Below, in pieces: positions 50,034-56,572 of a stretch of 60,502 nt of DNA. Each line of letters opens with the position of its first letter. Position 1 is the stretch's first letter. The stretch lies in contig JBJEUJ010000113.1 of assembly GCA_051883775.1 (NCBI GenBank), forward strand, positions 1-60,502, read 5' to 3'. The stretch comes from Aristaeellaceae bacterium. Its GTDB lineage: Bacteria; Bacillota; Clostridia; Christensenellales; Aristaeellaceae. The notes under the pieces are model-generated. The model saw only the letters and a program-made list of their open reading frames with translations. It was not told the DNA's origin and did not search any database. Position numbers and translations under genes: made by a program.

Positions 50034-50078
50034 TTATGTAGATGTTTCCGCATTTCCTTCTGCAGGAGGTGTTACTCG

Positions 50079-50810
50079 ATGCTGCCTGTTGTTTTGCTGG
50101 ATGATGATGTCCACTATTCCAGCATATTCTCCTTACGCTTGCAGCGTGTCGCGGAGAAGCTGGGCTTTCCCTGCGAGCTTCGGCTGTGCGCCGAGAGCGC
50201 AGAGCAGGTTTTCACCTATGCCCAGGCGCATCCCGAGGGCAACCTGTACTTTCTGGATATTGAGCTGAACGAGGAAATGAACGGCCTGGCCGTGGCACGT
50301 CAGCTGCACCTGCTGGATCCGCATGGGTATATCGTTTTTATCACCGCTTATGAACACTATATCTGGGACGCCATGCATACGCATGTGTTCGACTATCTGC
50401 TCAAGCCGCTGACGGATGAAGCCATTGCCGCCTGCCTCCGCGGCATCAGCCGTGACCGGCAGAAAAAGCCCTTGTCCCGCTACAGCCTGGTTGTGCACAG
50501 CGGCACCCATACAATGATGATGAACCAGGAGGATATCCTCTATATCCATGTGAACGGCAACTATCTCACCGCCGTCATGCAGCAGAGCTGTCCGTATCAG
50601 TGGTACGGGCGGATGCGCCAGGTGGCGCCGCTGCTGGCAGAGGGTATGTTTATGCAGATCAACCGCAGCGACTGGGTGGCGCTGCGGCACATTCAGGGGC
50701 TTGATGCCAATGACAGCTGCTGTGTGCTGTCCAATGGCGAAATCCTGTCCGTATCCCGCCGCAGACTGGCGGAGCTCAGGAGCGCCCTGCAGGGGAGGGC
50801 TCAGCAGTGA
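50079..50810 (+). CDS. LytTR-family (AgrA-like) response regulator
   Basis: The receiver domain has all conserved residues: 'LLDDD', phospho-Asp context 'YFLDIEL', 'VFITAY' and 'DYLLKP'. The C-terminal LytTR-like domain includes 'EDILYIHVNGNYLTAV...MQINRSDWVALRHI'. Confidence 0.85.
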   Translation: MLPVVLLDDDVHYSSIFSLRLQRVAEKLGFPCELRLCAESAEQVFTYAQAHPEGNLYFLDIELNEEMNGLAVARQLHLLDPHGYIVFITAYEHYIWDAMHTHVFDYLLKPLTDEAIAACLRGISRDRQKKPLSRYSLVVHSGTHTMMMNQEDILYIHVNGNYLTAVMQQSCPYQWYGRMRQVAPLLAEGMFMQINRSDWVALRHIQGLDANDSCCVLSNGEILSVSRRRLAELRSALQGRAQQ

Positions 50811-52126
50811 TCAGCCTGGAGGTGTGCTGCGTCTGGTTCATTGTCAACATGGCAGACGGATCGATAATGTACCTGTTTTCCAGCATCATCCTGAACAGAA
50901 GGGTGACCTGGTCAGGATGGCTGGGCTATCTTTCCATCCTGATGGTGGTCGAGCTGGCCTCCATGCTGCTGATGGACGGGGGCTTCAGCGGCTGGAGCCT
51001 GTTGCTGGGGCTTGCGGAGCTGATCGGCATAGCGTTCATGGTGTTCCGCTACAGGGGCTGGGAGCTTGCCATTGGTGTGGCAACCATGCTGTGTGTCAAT
51101 ATGACGCTGGCGCTCTTGTCCGGAGGGGTGTCCATGCTGCTGCTGGGGGTGGAGCAGGTCAATGCCCTGATGCTGGATTGGCGGTGGCCCCGGCTGACAA
51201 TTGTCGCAGCGCACCTGCCGCTGCTGGTGCTGCTCCTGCCGGTGTACCAGCTGCGGAACTGGTGGCGGAACCGTCGTGCGGAGCTGCCTGATGGGTTCTA
51301 CTACATGCGCGCCCTGATTCTGCTGGCGGCTGCGGTAACCTGTATTGTGCTGCTGTTCAATCAGCTGCAGAGCATGGCGCTGGCCCAGCGGCTGAACCAG
51401 GTGGCGCTGCTCTTTGGCGTGGCAGCCGCAGTGCTGGCCATATGCCTGGCGCACCTGGCCCAGGATGTACGCTATCTGGGCATGCGCAAGCGGCATGAAA
51501 CCCTGTCCCGGAGCAAGCAGCTCAATGACGCCCTGGTGGAGGATATGCGTCAATTCCGCGGCAGCATGATCGCCATGGTGGATGGCCTGGGCGATGTGCT
51601 GCTGTCCGGCGCGCCCGAGGCCCAGCGGGCCTACTATGATCAGATGGCGCGGCAGTGCGCCCGGATCAACCATGAGAATGTACTGACCCTGCAGCGGCTG
51701 AATGAACCGGCGCTGGCCACGCTCCTGCTCAACAAGCTGGAACGGAGCAGACAATATGAGCTGCCCATGTACCTGCAGCTGACGGGTATGCCCGCCTTCA
51801 GCCGAAGGGTTCCATCCGCCGTATTGTGCCAGGCGGTGGGCGTGCTGGTGGACAACGCCATCGAGGCGGCGGCGGACTCCGAATATCCCCGGGTCAGCAT
51901 TGAGCTGGCACAGATCCCCAGGGGTGTTGAAATCAATGTGCTGAACACCTGCCCGCAGGAGCTTGACGTTCAGCGCTTTCTGGATGGAGAAGCCCTGTCC
52001 ACCAAAGGGGAAGGGCATGGGGACGGCCTGGCCAGCGTGGCGGCCCTGTGCAGGCGGTACCCCTGTATGCAGCTGAACAGATATGCCCGGGGCCGCTTTA
52101 TCGAATGCTCGCTGACAATCCGATAA
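50807..52126 (+). CDS. AgrC-like (HPK10/GHKL) membrane kinase paralogue 1: intact ATP-binding domain, phospho-acceptor His replaced by Gly
   Basis: Six or seven N-terminal TM helices. The H-box position reads 'DMRQFRGSMIAM' (GGC at 51560-51562) where the family has F-(R/K)-H-(D/N). The N-box 'VLVDNAIEAA' and G-box 'STKGEGHGDGLASV' are intact. The GTG start overlaps the RR stop. Confidence 0.75.
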   Translation: MISLEVCCVWFIVNMADGSIMYLFSSIILNRRVTWSGWLGYLSILMVVELASMLLMDGGFSGWSLLLGLAELIGIAFMVFRYRGWELAIGVATMLCVNMTLALLSGGVSMLLLGVEQVNALMLDWRWPRLTIVAAHLPLLVLLLPVYQLRNWWRNRRAELPDGFYYMRALILLAAAVTCIVLLFNQLQSMALAQRLNQVALLFGVAAAVLAICLAHLAQDVRYLGMRKRHETLSRSKQLNDALVEDMRQFRGSMIAMVDGLGDVLLSGAPEAQRAYYDQMARQCARINHENVLTLQRLNEPALATLLLNKLERSRQYELPMYLQLTGMPAFSRRVPSAVLCQAVGVLVDNAIEAAADSEYPRVSIELAQIPRGVEINVLNTCPQELDVQRFLDGEALSTKGEGHGDGLASVAALCRRYPCMQLNRYARGRFIECSLTIR

Positions 52127-52144
52127 GCAGGAGGCACAGCAGGA

Positions 52145-53422
52145 ATGTACACAACCGTGGAGTACTGGATCACTCTGGTGCTGAGAACCCTGCTGGATTG
52201 TGTCAACATGTACGCCGTTTGCTCCGCAGCGGTGGATGAAAAAATGACGGTCAGAGGCTACCTCCTGTTCTGCGCGCTGGAGACCGCCGTGGAGTGGGGG
52301 TACTGCCTGATCTGGGCACCGACCTATTCGGGCACCGCGTTTCTTGGCGCCATGGTGGTGGTGATGCTCCATGCGCGCATTGTGTATCACCGCCGCGGGC
52401 GGGCGTTTCTGCGGGCATCGGCAGCCATGCTGCTGGCGCAGTGTGCGTTCGTGGCGCTGTGCGCGCCGGTGGGTGTGCTGCTGTGGGGTGCAGAAAAGGC
52501 TAATGCCATTGTTGTCAGCAGCGGGTTTGACCGTGTGCGGCAGAGCGTGCTGAACGTAGCCCTGACGCCGCCCACCTGCCTGATCATCCGCCAGGTGCGC
52601 AAGCAGGCGCTGCGCTGCAGGGAGAAGGCGTCGGACATCCTGTACATGCTGCGTTCCGTGCTGCTGCTGGCGGTGGCGGTGGTATGTGCCTTTGTCCTGC
52701 TGAACCAGACCTCCTCCCTGACGTCATCCTCCCGTTTGCTGCCCATCACGATCAGTCTGATGGCCATCTGCCTGATGGCCTTTGTGTGTCTCTCCTACCT
52801 GATTGAGGACTTTCATTTCCTGAGCATGCGCCGCATGAACGACACGCTGGAGAGGCAAAAGCGGATGACAGAGGCGCTCATTGAGGATACGCGGCATTTC
52901 CGGCACAATGTGCTGAACATGATCTACGGCTTTGAGGGCATGCTCCTCAGCGAAGACCCGGAGCTGCGCCTGCGTTATTATCGTCAGCTGGCCGGCGAAT
53001 GTGCCAAGATCAACAATGAGAATATCCTGAACCTGCAGCGGCTGAACCATCCTGACCTGGAGGCGCTGCTGCTGGGCAAAATTCAACAGGCGCACAACCT
53101 GAACATTCCGCTCTTTGTTACCATCGGGAAGCTGCCGCGCATCCGCAAGGCTTCCGGGCTTGCGCTGCATCAGGCAATGGATCGGGCGGTGGATGACGCC
53201 ATCCGCATGGCGCAGAGCAGCGCCGATGCCCATGTTGGCGTATGGCTTGGCCTCGAAGGCAGCAACATCGGGCTGCGGGTGCTCTGCACCTGTGATGCGC
53301 CTGTCGCTCAGGATCGGAATGGCGCCCTGCTTCCGGGCATGGAGACTGTGCAGGCTGATGTGCCCGTCATGCTGCAAAGACAGGGCAGATTCCTGATCCA
53401 GACCATGATGTTTTTGACGTAA
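52145..53422 (+). CDS. AgrC-like membrane kinase paralogue 2: H-box intact, ATP-binding N and G boxes degenerate
   Basis: RBS AGGAGG. The TM sensor domain is followed by 'DTRHFRHNVLNM' (His codon CAC at 52904-52906). The N-box position reads 'AVDDAIRMA' (Asn to Asp). No 'KG..G.GL' box is present in the shortened C-terminus. Confidence 0.75.
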   Translation: MYTTVEYWITLVLRTLLDCVNMYAVCSAAVDEKMTVRGYLLFCALETAVEWGYCLIWAPTYSGTAFLGAMVVVMLHARIVYHRRGRAFLRASAAMLLAQCAFVALCAPVGVLLWGAEKANAIVVSSGFDRVRQSVLNVALTPPTCLIIRQVRKQALRCREKASDILYMLRSVLLLAVAVVCAFVLLNQTSSLTSSSRLLPITISLMAICLMAFVCLSYLIEDFHFLSMRRMNDTLERQKRMTEALIEDTRHFRHNVLNMIYGFEGMLLSEDPELRLRYYRQLAGECAKINNENILNLQRLNHPDLEALLLGKIQQAHNLNIPLFVTIGKLPRIRKASGLALHQAMDRAVDDAIRMAQSSADAHVGVWLGLEGSNIGLRVLCTCDAPVAQDRNGALLPGMETVQADVPVMLQRQGRFLIQTMMFLT

Positions 53423-53521
53423 ATCCTCTCATTTTCCCAACAACAGATCCCCCTGTTGTCGATGAACAACCATGATCGGAGATCATTTGCCCGGTAAGAA
53501 AGACCACTAAAGTCGAACAGT

Positions 53522-53558
53522 AAAAAAAGCGGAAATGTCATTTCTGACAATCCCGCTT
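53522..53558 (-). terminator. Minus-strand intrinsic terminator abutting repeat copy 2
   Basis: A bipartite hairpin, AAGCGG..TGTCA-tttc-TGACA..CCCGCTT (53527-53558). On the minus strand it is followed by a U7 run (A-run 53522-53528). A homologous hairpin lies at 40399-40430. Confidence 0.55.
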
Positions 53559-53562
53559 CGGA

Positions 53563-53973
53563 CGTGGAGCACAGGGGATTCGAAGTGCGTCAGTGGTATC
53601 CCATGCCACCCATTGATGTCACATCCGGCACCACTCATCATCCATATAAGGAGATTGTTTCAATCAGTATCCCATAACATACCACCTATTTCATGGTGCA
53701 GAACATGGTATTTGGTCAGGTTGAAGCAGTCAGGTTCAGTTCAGAATCATCCAATATTGTGCGGGTTATCACCATAGAGCTGGCCCCCAATACAATACAA
53801 AGCGTATCCTATGCGCCGAAGACTTTTTGCTTCACACATTTTCCGGGACAGCTATATTCGCATGCGCTGCAACCTGGCTGCGATATGCGGATATGTATGA
53901 CCACGGATCCCGCTGGTTTCATCTGCAGGTCAGTGCTCTACACCATCCTGAAATGTTCTTTTCAGGTGCTCCG
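53563..53973. repeat. ~410-bp direct repeat, copy 2 (partner 40482..40891)
   Basis: See copy 1. It has the same orientation and the same position relative to the att-like fragment and a minus-strand terminator. Confidence 0.85.
53564..53584 (-). other. tRNA 3'-end-like fragment: att-core candidate, copy 2
   Basis: The minus strand reads TTCGAATCCCCTGTGCTCCAC. It differs from copy 1 by one acceptor-arm position (G versus A). Confidence 0.5.
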
Positions 53974-54362
53974 TTATCCGGATACCCCCGGAAGCAAGTG
54001 CCTTGCCGAAGGTCAGCTGAAAACCAATAAATGGGAGCCGTTGCATGCAATAGCCAGGCGTACTCTGGCTTACGCGAAGCGAACCTTGAAAGATACCAGA
54101 ATGTCGCCAGAAGTCGCAGGACGGCCAAGGCAATACGTGCTATCATGTAAACTGTCACAGAAGGGTGAGAGCGCATGATGCTGCTCAGCATCGGGAGAAA
54201 GAGAGATCATTCACGGGCAGCTTATCCTCCCGCCAAGCCCATCATGAACCGCCCTTCCGTAATATGCCTGTGTTGAAGACCAGGTTCATCAGGGTTACTT
54301 ATACACATGATAAAAAGTTTCCAACAAAGTTGAAACATTTCCAATGAATGTCGAAAAATCCA

Positions 54363-54371
54363 TGCTATAAT
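54363..54371 (+). promoter_or_regulatory. Extended -10 promoter (TGcTATAAT)
   Basis: TGCTATAAT at 54363-54371. Downstream lie a hairpin (54405-54428) and, ~400 nt on, a strong terminator. Confidence 0.4.
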
Positions 54372-54735
54372 GGTATTGTACAATTTGGAATCGCACGATG
54401 AGCACCAACGGCATTGTCCGTTGGTGTTCTTACGTGCAACGAAAAGGAGGCAGCGCATGGGCAAGGCAGTTATACCGTTATGACCTTCCGGTTTCCCGTC
54501 ACCTGCGACCGACTTAACCTCGGAAGCGCGAACTGGTTGTGAGCCACACAGGGCTGATAGCTGGGAAAAGGACAGGAGAGTGACAAAAGAACACAATCAC
54601 AAAATGACCTATCCAATGTTCATACGATATTTCTCAAAAGAGGAGACACCAGAAGACGCATGGCGACACGAATGGACAGAAAGGAACAAGCAGAGACAAA
54701 GACTTTGTGTTATTATGTATCCTGTAAAAGTGCGA

Positions 54736-54770
54736 CGGGAGCCACCGAATGCGGTGGGCTCCCGTTTTTT
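54736..54770 (+). terminator. Strong intrinsic terminator upstream of the parM-like gene
   Basis: CGGGAGCCACC / GGTGGGCTCCCG forms an 11-bp stem with one bulge, followed by T6 (54765-54770). Confidence 0.75.
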
Positions 54771-54870
54771 GTACCCGTGTTCATGAACAGGAGGTGGTGC
54801 TCTTGATTGTGATAGACAAAGACAATTCTCTTCAGCCGACGACAATATCGAGAAAGCGAGTGAACCATGT

Positions 54871-55821
54871 ATGATGGATATGAACTGTAAACCCATCGTG
54901 ATCAGCTGCGATCACGGCTATGGGAATTGCAAAAGCAGCAACATTATTTTCCCCACCGGTATCGAGTGTGTTGCATCGAAGCCGGTTTTCCCGGCGGATG
55001 TGCTGGAGTGGAATGGCAGGCTGTACATCATCGGCTATGGGCACAAGGAATTCATCGACGACAAGACCGCCGATGAGGATTTCCGTCTGCTGACCATGGC
55101 GCTGATTGCCAAGGAACTGAAGCTCCGTCAACGCACCGAGGCAGTGATTTATCTCGCTGCCGGGCTGCCGTTGACCTGGGCCCGCGACCAGCTGGAGCAT
55201 TTCCGCGGTTACCTGATGTCTCCCCGGGAATATGACTTCATCCTGAACGATGAGAAGTACAGCGTCCGCATTGAAGACGTGCTCTTGTATCCGCAGGGCT
55301 TTGCGGCGCTGGCGGACAGTCTGGATACCTTCACCGGCATGAATATGATTTGCGATATCGGCAACGGCACCATGTCCACCATGTTCATCAACAACGGCAC
55401 GCCTGATCCGATGCGCTGCTACACCGAAAAGCTGGGCGTGCACCAGTGTACCCTGGCGCTGAAGGACGCGGTGATGCAGCACTTCCACATAGTGCTGGAT
55501 GATCACATCATTGAGGACTATCTCCGCACCGGAGAAACGACAGTTGCGCCAAATATCCGCAGCGTGATGGAATCCACCGTGCGGCGCTATGTGGAGAAGC
55601 TGATGCGGAGTATGCGTGAGCATGAATATAACCCCGACATGATGAAGCTGTACATCATGGGCGGCGGAGGATGCCTGATCCGCCACTTTGCCGATCCGGA
55701 GACCGCGACCCACATATCCTTCGGGCGCATCCAAATCGAGCCGGATATCCACGCCACCGCCAAGGGCTATGAGCGGCTTGCCCGGGCGCAGCTCAGGGAG
55801 CGTGGCATTGATGTCGAGTAA
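54871..55821 (+). CDS. ParM/StbA-family actin-like segregation ATPase
   Basis: The actin-fold motifs are phosphate-1 'ISCDHGYGNCK', 'LAAGLPL', phosphate-2 'MICDIGNGTMS' and adenosine 'LYIMGGGG'. Confidence 0.8.
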   Translation: MMDMNCKPIVISCDHGYGNCKSSNIIFPTGIECVASKPVFPADVLEWNGRLYIIGYGHKEFIDDKTADEDFRLLTMALIAKELKLRQRTEAVIYLAAGLPLTWARDQLEHFRGYLMSPREYDFILNDEKYSVRIEDVLLYPQGFAALADSLDTFTGMNMICDIGNGTMSTMFINNGTPDPMRCYTEKLGVHQCTLALKDAVMQHFHIVLDDHIIEDYLRTGETTVAPNIRSVMESTVRRYVEKLMRSMREHEYNPDMMKLYIMGGGGCLIRHFADPETATHISFGRIQIEPDIHATAKGYERLARAQLRERGIDVE

Positions 55822-56140
55822 CGGGATGAAGCAGATGAAGCTCCAGCTGCGGATGTATCCCGAAAGGAACGAGCAGCATCGCCGGGCCCTGGCGTGGCTG
55901 ATGGAGCACAGGACGGCGGGCGTCTCCTATGCGGATCTTGTATCGAAGGCAATCTGCGGTCAGATCGACCGGGAGCAGCGCATGGATGTGGAAGAGAGGA
56001 TGCGGCAGCTTGTCCGCGAGGAGATCCGGCGCAGCCTGCACGATGCAACCATCAGCGCGCCACAGGTGGAACCGCAGAAATCCTCCGAAGGAAGCCTTCG
56101 CAAGGCAAAGGACTTCATGTCCGGCCTGGGCTTCGGGTGA
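55811..56140 (+). CDS. Small RHH-like DNA-binding protein (ParR-like adaptor or relaxosome accessory)
   Basis: It overlaps the parM-like stop. The N-terminal 'MKLQLRMYPERNEQHRRALAWL' looks like a beta-strand plus helix (ribbon-helix-helix). An alternative start is at 55826. The function is inferred from its position between parM and oriT/mob. Confidence 0.55.
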   Translation: MSSNGMKQMKLQLRMYPERNEQHRRALAWLMEHRTAGVSYADLVSKAICGQIDREQRMDVEERMRQLVREEIRRSLHDATISAPQVEPQKSSEGSLRKAKDFMSGLGFG

Positions 56141-56504
56141 TGGCGCAAACGCCATCACTTCCGCGTGAACATGATGGCAGAAATGCCATCACCCCATGAG
56201 GAAAGGTCGTTCTCAGGAGATGAGAATGGCCTTTTCTTGTGGACGGGAGTCCGGAGGGCCGGTGCCCTTTGGGGCGGGTGCAGGGCGGCAGCGCCTGTCG
56301 GGTGTGCAGAGGGCAGCGCCCTTGCCGGGAATCCAAAGGGCAGCGCCCGTGGGCCGGGTGCAGGGTGGCAGCGCCTGCGCAGATGCAAGGGAAGGCCTTG
56401 CCCGGAGTCCAGAGGCGGAGCGCTCTGGCCCAGTGAAGTGTCGAAAGCGCAGCGGCCCGGAGGGTTCGACACTTCGTACTGGGTATTACCCGTCGAAAAC
56501 GGGT
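56137..56504 (+). promoter_or_regulatory. Repeat- and hairpin-dense GC-rich spacer: candidate oriT and/or centromere
   Basis: Two tandem hairpins: GTGATGGCG-caaa-CGCCATCAC (56137-56158) and TGATGGCA-gaaa-TGCCATCA (56172-56191). A 22-nt direct repeat GGGTGCAGGG(C/T)GGCAGCGCCTG occurs at 56276 and 56357. AGGGCAGCGCCC occurs twice. A 10-bp inverted repeat AAGTGTCGAA/TTCGACACTT lies at 56436-56474. A hairpin ACCCGT-cgaaa-ACGGGT lies at 56488-56504. Confidence 0.5.
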
Positions 56505-56572
56505 GCCCTTCAGGGGAAGCAACCTGCCGCAAAAACCACGGTTGCCCAATAGCATTGAAAGGAGGTGAATCG

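Larger units (their letters stand above)
40482..53562. mobile_element. AT-richer, recombinase-less genomic island bounded by att-like direct repeats (CIME-like)
   Basis: The island lies between the two repeat copies. Codon third positions are visibly more A/T than in the flanks (not computed). The cargo is a secreted-protein operon plus LytTR/AgrC-like genes. No integrase, transposase or relaxase ORF was found. Confidence 0.55.

Noticed and set aside
53563-53980. tRNA gene split by a ~330-nt group-I-like intron. The minus strand begins GGAGCAC and ends GTGCTCCA, forming a perfect 7-bp acceptor-like pairing in copy 2.
   Set aside because: The sequence following GGAGCAC cannot form a D arm with conserved GG, nor a 7-nt anticodon loop. 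The putative D-stem pairing (GAAA/TTTC) is absent in copy 1, and the 7th acceptor pair is also lost in copy 1. I keep the terminal complementarity only as an observation within the repeat finding.
53693-54178. 161-aa + strand ORF spanning repeat copy 2, plus the 80-aa ORF 53535..53777
   Set aside because: The homologous frame in copy 1 terminates after 49 codons. A 1-nt indel shifts the frame between copies. Four of five substitutions in the conserved core are non-synonymous. There is no RBS. This is not under coding selection.
56165-56572. N-terminal 136-codon extension of the relaxase ORF given by the six-frame track
   Set aside because: The extension is made of GC-rich direct and inverted repeats that translate to Gly/Ala/Arg/Cys/Pro low complexity. 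A strong RBS (GAAAGGAGGTG) sits immediately before the ATG at 56573. The recognisable MobV N-terminus starts there.
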